From: Lama guanicoe
Lineage: Eukaryota
Direction: 5' to 3'
Assembly (NCBI GenBank): GCA_013239625.1
Contig: MU054925.1
Span: 1,744,829-1,808,828, forward strand
DNA: 64,000 nt
Shown one piece after another: positions 30,643 through 41,513 of this stretch. Made by a program: the position numbers and the translations under genes. A model generated the notes under the pieces. That model worked only from the letters and a program-made list of their open reading frames with translations, was not told where the DNA came from and searched no databases. Position 1 is the first letter of the stretch, and the number at the start of each line of letters is the position of its first letter.

Positions 30643-31149
30643 CTATGGTCGGTCAACCTGCCCACTCACTTCTGACATCAGGAGTGTCCCAGCCTGTGGC
30701 CCCCACTACCCATGTAGGTGGTCACGTCATTGGATAAAGGGAGCTCCCTGCCTCCCTGGGTGCTGGAAAGAAAAGAATAAAAAACATGAGGCTGAGGATG
30801 GGACTCCGTGGTGAGGTGAAGTCCCCTAAGTTCTTAAGACACAGGAGAAACAGAAGTTTGAGGGCAAGGGCAAATTCAGGGGACATCAGGACATGTGTTT
30901 TCTATATCCATGGGTCCCCTGTGGATCTAGGAACCTGAAATGAAGCCCTGCCCCCTCTTTGTGGGTAAGAGGATCATAGTGATCACACTTGGAAGATGTG
31001 AAAGGTAGTGGAGAGGTTTGAAAGAAAAAGTCACTCCCCACTCCCCACGTTCCCATCTCTCACTCTCTGCACCCCACATCCCTCACCTCCTGTTTGGAGA
31101 AAAAAATTCTGCAGCTTTTTCCTTTCCTAGTGGGAAACACTTGCCCAAG

Positions 31150-31380
31150 AGTCAGACACGCCTGTCTTTGAACTCCAGTTCAGCCACTTAACTGACCCTA
31201 GAGAAGTCACTCCCACCCCTCAGTGTCTCAGTTTTCCTCAGTCTAAGGTGGAGATATTAAGAGCATCTCCCACACAGAAAAGGTAAGAGAGTCACTGAAA
31301 TGTCAGAATGAACCAGCCCCTAGAAAAGACTTGGCTCAGCACAAACTTCGACCACAGTAAGCAGCCAATAAATGTTAGAT
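31150..31380 (+). mobile_element. MIR SINE (C3orf18 intron)
   Basis: GAGTCAGACACGCCTGTCTTTGAACTCCAGTTCAGCCACTTA...TCTCAGTTTTCCTCAGTCTAAGGTGGAGAT. Confidence 0.65.
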
Positions 31381-32359
31381 CTTCTACCCCTGGGCAACCC
31401 AGTTGCGAAAGGGGAGCCACAGAAGCCCTTGAACCCAGCCTGCTGTGTGGTCCAGCCTGTACTTGGAATTGGGGCAGGGACAGGTGTGGTGAGACCAGAA
31501 GACAGGAAGGAGAGAGAGGCTAAGGTCAGGTCCTCTGGCAGGGCTTCTCTGTAGGCTCTTGGGGTAATTGAACCCCCTAGAGCTAGGGGCTGTCAAGGAC
31601 TAGGAGAAAATCAAGGGGAGCATATCTTCAGAGGGAAAGATGGAACTTCCACTCTGAAATGCCTTCTCTTCCCCTTCCCTCCTCCCTTGGGAGCAGAGGG
31701 TGGGAGATGCACCCAGTCCAGGGTGTGACTTAGGCCTTCCCAGGCCAAAGGGCCCTAGGCAAGCAACGGGGAAGAGGTCCCAGCCAAACTGCAGAAGGGC
31801 AGGCCTAGGGAGAGGAGGGATGCACAGCTCGTGGCTGCATGAACATCTCGGTGCGCCAGCTCATGGGTATACATGGGGTGCCTCCCTGTATAGGTGCATG
31901 GGTGTGTGAGGTGTGCACACAACCACGATGGCCTCTTAGGAAGGAGCAAGGCTGGCACAGGGATACGTGATGGCAGAGGCTCGTTGTTCCTCTCTGTCTT
32001 TTTCCTCCAGCTACGCTGGGCACGTCAAGAAACCCAGGTTCTTTCTTGGCTCTGTCACTGACCCCAGATGTGACCTTGGGCCAGACCCTTAGCATTTGCT
32101 CTGGGGCTCTGTTTACTCTTCCCTTCAAACGAGAGAAAGGGCTCATCACTGCTGGGGACTGCCTCACAGTCCAAAGGACAAGTGAAGGAAACCAGGGAGA
32201 AAGGGGTGGGAACCACGACCTCCAAGAACCCAAGAACTGGCAAACCATTCTCCACCAGGTTCATCTGTCCTCCCTGCCCCAATCCCCATCCCCACCTCCG
32301 CGACTCTGATTCCTCCATTCTTGCACAGAAGTGGTGACCTCAGCACTTACTTAATCCTC

Positions 32360-32870
32360 TCTGGGGCGCCGAGCTCAGCCGAAGACGCTAGGAGTGGTGG
32401 CGACCCGCAGGATGCCAGGGCGGAGATGGGGGGAACTCCCCAGGCCCAGGGTGGGGGGCGGCAGATCCGACACAAGGTCCGCCCTCCCTGGGTGGACCTC
32501 CCTGGGCTGGGCCCGCGACGTCGCACCGCCCGCAAGCCGAGAGGGCCTGCTCTGCCAGCCTGGCCCGGGACTGGCAGGGCTGGGACTCACCGTGGGGGTG
32601 GGGTCGAGGCCAGCAGCCTCGCGGGTCTTCCAAGCTCCTGCTCCTCTCCTCCCTGGCCGCTCAGCGCCCCCGGCCCCGGATTGGCTGTCGGGCCCAGAGA
32701 CCGCCCTGCATTGGCCCGCTTGCCTGCCGCTCGGATCTGGCTCTGCCCCCAACAGGAGCCGGAGCCCGGTGGCTGTTCTTGGAGACCACCCCCCACTCCT
32801 CACGGCATATGCCGGAGTCCCGCCGGGGATGATGTGGGGCCAAGCCCTTCGTAAGCGCCAGAACTCCGGC
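32360..32870 (-). promoter_or_regulatory. C3orf18 CpG-island promoter with two CCAAT boxes (32680-32684, 32710-32714)
   Basis: High CpG density; two minus-strand CCAAT 30 bp apart (NF-Y-type spacing) with a GC box (CCGCCC, 32701) between them. Confidence 0.7.
32591..32670 (-). other. C3orf18: Probable C3orf18 non-coding first exon (5' end approximate)
   Basis: Consensus donor ACG|GTGAGT at 32590 inside a CpG-rich region, just downstream of two CCAAT boxes. Confidence 0.6.
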
Positions 32871-33669
32871 CTCCTGCTAGCCCTAGCTCCACCTCCTCCA
32901 GGATAGACTCCCGCTCCCCAAATGCAGGTGGACGCAGGTTTGGGGAGAACACTAGACTGGAAGTCTTTGAGCCTGCGTCGAACTCTGGCTCGACCCACCA
33001 CTAGCTTTGTGACCTAGAGCAAGATGCTTCTGTCCCCATGGATCTCAGCTTCCAGCTTAGATTGGCTCTGGTATGAGGGCTCTTAATAAACGACACCCAC
33101 TCCGGGACAGAAATGGAGCATCTTTAGAGAAGTTGGGGGCGGGATGGTATTATTACTGGAGTGATATATTGGTCACCTGGACCCAGGCAAGCCTACATAC
33201 ACCCCTCTATCCAAAGCGTAATCATCTCTGGGGAGGAGCCTTCAGATACCTTCTAATAATCCTCAGGTTTTCAAAGACGCTTATGGGGATCACCCGAATA
33301 GCTTGTTAACAAATACAGACCCTCCAGCCTGGGACGGATCCCGGGAAACTGTATGTTTAATAGTAGTTTAGTTAACAGTGATTTAGTTTATAGATTCGAG
33401 GGCAAAGGGGTAGCATTAGCAGGCCACACTTCGCGGGACACTATCATGACTTTTAAAGGAGCAACTGAGGCTCACAGAGTTGCACCTGGACAAGGTCTCC
33501 CGACGAATCAGACTTCAAACCATGGTCTACTACTTCCAGTTTCGATCTCCCTGCTCCAAACCTAAACGGGAGCTGAAGGGTCAAGAGCGACCCTGATGTC
33601 CAGTCACCAACCACCTGGACCTCAAGTCCTGGACGCTGGGTCCCTCCCCCCAAATTGGTACCCACCCCC

Positions 33670-34330
33670 CACCGTGGGACCCGCCCCAGTGCGGCCCTCT
33701 CGACATACAGACTACGTTAGGCCACGCCGCTGGGTCTCGCGGCTGTTGATACGCCTGGATTTGAGCTGGCTACACACCTCCCCATCCGGGTACCCAGAAC
33801 GCCGTCTCGGAGAAGCCACCGCAGGCTGGAGCCCTATCCATGCTGTGACTTTCAGGAAGACTGTCCGTTCAGAGCCCTCGGGGAGCAACCCTAGACACAA
33901 CACACACTTTCCCACCCGTGGGCCTGCAGGCATAGTGGGCGTGGCGTTCATGTCCTCCCTCACCCGCCCGTTGTGGCTTCCGAGGTGGAACGCAGCGGCT
34001 CTAGGAACCCTGGAGCTGGGTGACGGGATCTGCCCGAGCCCTTGCTCAGCTGCGCCGATCCCGGAAGCGGGGCGTCGGAAGGAGCTCACCGCGGCCCACG
34101 CACGTCCGGGAAACGAGCCCGCGGCAATCTCTTTAGTCGAGTGAGGTAACGCTTCAGGCAAGTATGAGGAACACACTCGAGACCCCCCTTTCCCCGTGTG
34201 CAATTGGAAAAACAGGCCTGGGGAGAGGCGACCTCGCCTGTGTCAACGATACTGTGCGACACTGAGGGAAACTGCACCCCTGACTTCGGGCCTCTCGAGG
34301 CAGCGCTCTGGTGGACAGAGCCGTCTCTGG
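33670..34330 (+). promoter_or_regulatory. HEMK1 CpG-island promoter with ETS/GABP (CCGGAAG 34061, TCGGAAG 34075) and GC-box motifs
   Basis: CpG-rich; CCGGAAGCGGGGCGTCGGAAGG is typical of TATA-less promoters of housekeeping and mitochondrial genes. Confidence 0.7.
34060..34145 (+). other. HEMK1: Probable HEMK1 non-coding exon 1 (5' end approximate), spliced to exon 2 at 35160
   Basis: Donor GAG|GTAACG at 34146; acceptor TTCTCCTTCCCTATTCCAG ending at 35159. Confidence 0.6.
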
Positions 34331-34789
34331 AGTGCGAAGGACTTGGGTCTTGCCTGGGACAGTTCCTAGTTGGTGACTTTGGGCAAGTTACTTTCCTCTC
34401 GGAGTCTCCTTTTCTTCTCTGCTTGTCCCTGAAGATGTGGCACCACCTAGCAGGTGTTCAGTAAAGGCTAGTTTGAACCAAGCTTGGTCTCTGTGAAAGT
34501 AAAGGAGACCACTGATTTAAAATCTTCAGTTAAATTTGTGATAAATATAAAATTAACAAAAATTGTCAGTTTTTAGGTGGCATTTTTGGCTAATGTTTAG
34601 AATTACGGGTTAAATGGTGGGGGAGGGGATTTCCAGCATATAAATCAATGACAGTATGTGCAAAATGTCCGAAGCAAAGCTCCCAAGCAAAGGCAGTCTC
34701 CTCCCCTTGGTAGTATTGTTAAGAGCGTGCAACATTGAGTCCCTCTGTGTTGAGCTGGCTTCTAGGTCCTTGACATTCATTGACTGATG

Positions 34790-34920
34790 CACTGCTTGCC
34801 ATGGAGCTGGTGTTATTTTCCCCATTTCAAGGATGAGGAACCTGAAACTCAGAAATAATGACTTTCCCAAAGTCACACCTGCTGGGTTAAGTAGATCTGT
34901 CTAACCCCCAAGCCTGGGCC
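34790..34920 (-). mobile_element. MIR SINE fragment (HEMK1 intron 1)
   Basis: CCCATTTCAAGGATGAGGAACCTGAAACTCAGA...GACTTTCCCAAAGTCACAC. Confidence 0.65.
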
Positions 34921-35334
34921 CTGATCCACACTGGCCCATTTATTAATAGGGACTGAGCTATGGGTTCAGATCACTTCAGCCAAAGATGTGAAGAAAACAT
35001 CACTGGCCAAGATGAGAAGAATGAAATAGATGGGTGAGGGGCTAAAATGGAGTCAAGGAGGTAACAGAGCAAGAGCATGCCCTTTCTCAGGCAACAGGTC
35101 AAAGAAGGGTGAGTCATACAAGGCTCAGCTACTCTCCCAGTTCTCCTTCCCTATTCCAGGGTGACAGCCACATCTGAGGACCAGAGCCATGTTGAGGAGC
35201 CAGAGCCTGTGACTTCTCCATCTACACCCAGCTGGGGCCAGTCACCATCCTCAGCAGCTGACATCACAAGAAGAACTTGGGGACCCCCAAAACTTGGGGA
35301 CCTTGAGGAGTGCTCAAGGGATCCTTGGGACAGA

Positions 35335-35544
35335 ATGCTGAGGGCCCTCCTGTCTGGCCTAGGGTGGAGGGGAGGCATTTGGGGCTGCACCTTCACCTCA
35401 TGGCGGCCTCATCTGCCTCTGGCTAGGTTGTTGAATGTCACAGAGCTGGTCAACCACTGGACAGCAGTCTTTGAGAAAAGGGGTATCCCTGAGGCCCGGG
35501 AATCCAGTGAGTACATCGTGGCTCATGTCCTTGGAGCCAAAACA
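35335..35544 (+). CDS. HEMK1: HEMK1 coding exon 1 (MLRALLSG...VLGAKT; exon starts at 35160)
   Basis: First in-frame ATG at 35335; donor ACA|GTTAAG. Arg/Leu/Trp-rich, acid-free N-terminus resembles a mitochondrial presequence. Confidence 0.9.
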
Positions 35545-38500
35545 GTTAAGTGCAGTGTTGTCAAGAGGACAGGAAGTAGGAGGAGGGAGGACCCTGGGGA
35601 AGAGACATCTAGGCTTTTTCACTCCAATGACAGTGCTGAGCTGAGGATGATGGGGTTTTTCTGAAGGAGTGTCTTGGGCAGATACTTATTCATTCATCCA
35701 AGAAACTTACAGTGTGTGCCAGGCACTAGGGGTTCAGGGATGACCAAGGTGGCTAGTGTTGGACCCACTGGCATTGTCCACAAAAGAAACCTGGATCAGG
35801 GGAGCCAGCCACTCACATTCTCTGTGGGGCAGTTTCAGAGCCTGAGGCCAGAACTTTGGACCCAGCCCCTGACACCTTGGCAGCTACAGTATATCCAGGA
35901 GTTGAGTAGCTACCGATTGCAAAGGTGAGCACCCATGAGCCAAACCTGAGGGCTCTGTGTAGGGAGCAGGGTGCAGCTCCCTTCGGCCCCACCAAGTCCA
36001 TGGTCAGGGAGGAAGAAAGAGTCCAAGGACTAAGGAGGTGATGGGATGAGGGAGTGACAAGAGAGGGGTCATGGTAGTAAATAGGAAGAAGGGAGGGAGG
36101 GAAGGCCTTGGCTAGGATTTCTTGGGCACAGGAGACATGACTCTACCCAATACCTTTGGCCACAGTATCCCTCAACCCAGACATAGTCCTGTTGGTCCAG
36201 GCTCTGGCATTGATGATACCCTTGTGCCCCCTCTGCAGGATGCCTGTGCAGTACATCCTTGGTGAGTGGGACTTTCAGGGGCTCAGTCTGAAGATGGTGC
36301 CCCCAGTATTCATCCCTCGGCCGGAAACAGAGGTAAGTGTGCCTCCAGGACAGGGCAGGATGGGAATGAAGGGGGTTTAAGGCACCTGTCTTGTCCCAGG
36401 CTTCCTCCAGGGGGCGCTGGGGCCCCATGGCTGCTATCTTTTAGAGGCAGTGCCCTTCCTGGCTGGCTGGGTAGGTGGGGCCAAGAGGAAAGACGTCTCC
36501 TGCTGGCCTCCTTGACTGTCCTCATATCCCAAGCTACTGTCCCAGTCCCTAGGCTGGCAGTGGCTCAGGGTGCCCCAGTTAGTGCTGCCCACCAAGTGCT
36601 CAGCCTGTTCTTGTCATTTCCCCAGGAGTTGTCCAGTGGGCCCCTGGCCTACCCAGCCCCGGGAAATAAGTGCCCACCTCTTCCTCAGGAGGCATGGACA
36701 AAGTGAAGAGGGCTCCAGCTGGACATCTGGAAAGCTGGTACAGCTTTGTGACCTCGAGTAGTCACTGCCCCCTCTGGGCCCAGATGATGAGAGGGTTGGG
36801 CCTCCAAACCAGGGAATTGTTGGGATCTTTTTACCTTTTACACCCACTATCTAGTCAAGTAATCTCCTGTGTCTCTCAAATTACTAGGATTGGAAAGTGT
36901 GTGGTCCCAGCATGCTATCTCTAGGTGAGGCACCCTGATCCTGGGAGAGATGCTTTCTGTGGCCCTTTCTGGGCTTCTTCCTGACCTTGGAGGTGGCAGA
37001 GCTGGGAGCCAGTGAGAGCAGAGCAGGTAGAGGGATATGTGGGTGGGGCTGGTGGGCAAGCCAGAGGGCACCAGTTTCTGAGAAGGGATGTTTCTAGAAA
37101 GGCACACACATTCCTGGGAAAGATCAGGCCTCATCCACCTGCCCCAGCCAGGGACCCAGAGCCCCTCCTCACTTTCCGAGCCTCTCTTCCTCAGCCAAGA
37201 AACCCTCTGACCCCACCTGCTCCTGTACATCATGTGTTTGGGAGGCCAAGTCCTCGCTGTACTGCCAGTGTCAGGGCAGAGACGGTAGGGAGTCTGAGAC
37301 CTTGCTGAAGTCACAGGGCTGCCAAGGCAGGGAGCATGGGGGCAGCACTTGGACATCCTGACTTCTGGATCAGGGCCCCATACCTCACATGGGGCTGCCC
37401 CATCTCGGATTGGATGAGCTGGGATGAGTGCAGAGACCCAGAGCAGGATGTGGCCTGCAACCTGCAGGTTTTTGGGAGGTCAGCCCGTGGCTCCCCCAAG
37501 CATATGACCTCTGGCCAGGAGGTCACTCAGTCTCTCCTGAGGCTGCCAAGAGTCAGGGCATGGGAGGGAAGCTACCCTGATGACCTTTGAGTCCCCTCAG
37601 AGCTGACCTGGCACCAACCATGTGTTTCAGGGTACTGAATGTTGGGTGTGGACTTCCGGCTCCCATGTGGGGGCCCCGCTTTCCTGGGTGGGTCTGGGCC
37701 AGGAGAACAGCTCTGCTGCAGGGGGTTGAGGGGAGGAGGGAGGCTGCGGTTGGGAGGCTAGATCCTTGCCTCACTGTACAGACATTTCTCAGAACTTGCC
37801 AGATTTGCCCCAGTGTGAAGCCGCATTGGGGGGGTGCTTTACCAGGAACTTGAGAGGACGTGGCCTGTGGCAGGGAGTGGGGAGAATGAGTGCAGGGGAA
37901 GGACCAAGTTGCCTGCATTCTCTCCATCCATTGTAGGGTGGTTTCTGATGATGAGTGCAAAATTCTAAAATGCAAAGTTGTAGGTGGCATGTGGCCTGAC
38001 GAGTTGGATTTTCCCTGGGGGTGGGAAGGTGCCTCAGTCCCTGGCTTGGCAGTGTGAGCCATTGTCACCCAGCTTGGTGAGGTGAGGCTCTGTGCCCTAT
38101 CTGTGATTAGCTTGAGAGAGGCAATGCCAGTTTCCTAGGGCTGCCCGTCAGGAGTGTGATCCTAATGAAGGCGCTCATGGCACTCATGTCCTGCTGAGGC
38201 CTTGGGCTGACTTCTTGAGGGCTGTGGAGTCCTGTTGAGGCAGTGGCTCCAGGCAGAGCCAACAGCGGCCTGCTCTCTGCCTTCTTCCCACCTGCCCCTC
38301 TGCCCCCACCCCACTGTGCTCTTCTCTTGTTCACCTGGATGTGGTGCCTTGGGCCTGTGACCAGCCTGGCTTTCAGCCTCCCCGAGGAACCTACCTACTT
38401 TAGGCTGAGGAGGCTCTTTACTAGGCAAGCAAGAGAGTTTCTGAACTTGCTGGGAATGATCTCCACCCCTACCCACCCCCAGGTGATCCCATAGCCAAGA

Positions 38501-41466
38501 TGATCCCCTCATGGTCTGGAATGTCAGAGAGAGACAAGAGGGCACTGATGACAGTGGGAGCCCAGTCTCAGCTTCACACCCTACCCAGGTAGTCATTCAC
38601 ATATATGATGTGTGCCTCTCAGATCGAGGTGTCTCTGTGAGGTGGCTGGCCAGTGTGGTTGGCTGAGGGGTCATTCTCCAGCCAGGGTAGATCTGTCTGT
38701 GGCCAGGAAACCAAGGGAAGCTCATGCTCCTGACAAGTCTCAGCTGTCCAGTTGGCCACTCAGTATGTGACCTCACCACTGAGACCACAGACACTCGGCC
38801 ACAGCCCTTGACTGCTCACTCTGTGCCTGTCCCAGTGCTGTGGGCCCAGCTCGCTGCTGGCATCCTAAGTCTCCATAGTGCCTGGTATAGGGCCAGTGGG
38901 AGTGAGTGATGGAAAGCCCTCTCTGACTGGAGACAGACTGTTTGGTGCAGAAGGGGCTTGGAATAGGAAGGGTTAGACCCACTGATCAAGTTCTACCTGC
39001 CTTGGACTTGCTACCTTTGGGGACAGGTGAGCTTTACTCCTGGTTGGCGTGCCTGGAAGGATGAAATACTTCTGGGGACTTAGCACTGAGGAGCTTATGT
39101 GGAAAATGGGTTTGAGTGATCTAGAGCCCTCTGCTCTGTTGGGCCCTAACTGTTGACATTGAGAGCTTGAGGGGACCTGGAGGTCTGAGACTCAGAGGGT
39201 AGCTTCCCGTGGCCACTGAACTGAGTGAGAGTTGGCCCAGCACTTGAGAAGTAGCCAAACCTAGAGGCCCCTCTGTGGGCCAAGCCCTGCTCATGTGGGA
39301 CACACCGTGATGGGTTAGGTCCCTAGTCTTCCCATCATGGAGCCTTCAGTCTGGCGGGAGAGGCAGACCCCATCCTAGATGTTAGGCACATAGTGAAGAA
39401 AGACCCTGGTGGGGGTTGAGGAAGCCTTTCTGAAGAATGTAGACCTATTTCAGATGAGGGAAACGCTTACTTGCTGACCCCTCCCATCATTCCCTGAGTC
39501 AGCCCTGCCTGGAATCCCAGGAGTCCCCAGCCTCCCCAGAACCTCTCCTGCTCTATCCAAAGGGGCACGTTTGAGAAGGGACCACACTGCCCTTTCCCTG
39601 CTCCATGCCTGGCTACTTGGGCCCCTACTGTATTGCTGTTTAGAAACATTTTGGCCATTGGGCAGCATCTCTCCACCCTCACCTCCACCCTATAATGGCT
39701 TCCATGCACAGTCTGCAGGTGGCAGATGGATAGGTGAGACTTGAAACTCTGTTGTTTGTAAACAGCGTCTGAAAGTATCCCTCTGCCACCAAGGCAGGTA
39801 CGGTGCAGTTAGGCACCTCCCTCCATGTGCGCCCACTTACCCGCTGCCCTATGTATAACATAGCCCACTTCAGATATAGGACTCAGGTGGGACTGTGTCA
39901 TTCCCCATCCCTCTGTGGAGGGAATTCTCCATCCTTTCAGCCTAGGAGCTTCTCTGGGGAGGCTATGAGGAAGCTAGGGACACAATGACCCCTGATTCTT
40001 GGCCACCATGAGCTGCAGGCCAGGCTCCAGGCGGGGCCTTAACCTCTGGGCCTTACTTTCCTTATGGACTGGTTGTGAGGATCTAACAGATTAGTATAGG
40101 GGAAGCTCTGGAAGCAGGGCCAGGAGAGGAGGTGGCCAGGGACCATCTTAGCACTGCTTTGAGCACAAAACAAGAAGATATCTCTGAAGGGATTAGCGAG
40201 GGCTTACTGACCACTTACCATGTATCAAGCCTGAAATCAATGCTTCATGAATGTGGTTCTGTTTAAACTACCCCCATCCCCTGTGAGGTGGGTTATCCAC
40301 AACTGTGCTCAAGTTTACAGATGGGGAAGTGGAGGCACGGAGAGACAGTGACCCACCTATGGCCTCAGCTGACATGAAGTTCAGTCTGGCTTTAGCCACC
40401 TCCCTTCTATATTCACAAAGGGGCTAACCATGCTTCGGCTCTGTGCCAAGACCTGCAGGGGCTAGGTCAGCACCAGCTCTGATCCAGATCTCTCTACCTT
40501 GTAGGAACTGGTTGAATGGGTGCTGGAAGAGGTGACCCAAAGATCCCGTGTGGTGAGAGCCCAAGTTGGCCCCCTCATCCTGGAGGTGGGCTGTGGATCA
40601 GGAGCCATCTCCCTCAGCCTGCTGAGCAAGCTCCCCCAGGTGAGCCCCCTGTGCATCCCTCCCCCACCCTGGGTAGACTGTGACTGGCACTTACTGTCCT
40701 TCCTGCTGATGTCTCCCCAACCCATCTCTGCTAGAAGCCCTTGAGGGGGAATGACTGGAAGTAGGAGGAAGACAGAGCTCTTAGAGGTCACAGATTCCAG
40801 CTCCCATCCCCTTCTATCTGGCCTAACCCTGGCCACAGAGAGGAAAAAGCTATTGATAATTTCCTTCCTCTTCTAGTAGGGAATTGGAGGAGGGCTCTGG
40901 TCCCAAGGCCTGGCTTCTCCAAGCACCCTGCCTCCCATGTACCCTTTGTTCTTGGGGCAGAGCCAAGTCATTGCTGTGGACAAGGGAGAAGCTGCCATCT
41001 GCCTGGCCAATGAGAATGCTCACAGGTAGGTGGTCTTGGAGATAGAGGGTCAGGCTGGGGGAAGTCAGACTTAGGGGCCTGATCTGAACCCCTATGCAAG
41101 TATCAAACCCAGCACTGTCCACACCCAAGAAGGAGGAGGCAATTGGGGTGGCCTGGCATGGGTCCCACAGGGTTACAAATGAACAGTGGGAACCAGGTAT
41201 ATTGCTGATCCACGAAGGGTTTATTCTTCTAGTCAAGAGTAGGAGTCGGCCCCGCCATACTCACTTTTACTTTCCTATCTCTCCAGGCTTCAGTTGCAGG
41301 ACAGGATTCGGATCATCCCCCTCGATGTGACCTTAGGTACCTTCCTCACCCATCTTCCCTGGGTGGGGATCCTGGGTACAGGTGCTGCTGGATGGATGAG
41401 GCACTCTGCAGTGGTAGAGGGAGGGCTTCCCCAGCCTTCCTCGCTCTCTCACACGCATGTGCACGT

Positions 41467-41513
<47 letters not shown>

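Noticed and set aside
33260-33390. Possible MER5-type DNA transposon remnant
   Set aside because: Resemblance too weak to support by eye.
32321-34203. Several 160-208-aa ORFs on both strands
   Set aside because: Chance ORFs in the CpG-island promoters of C3orf18 and HEMK1.
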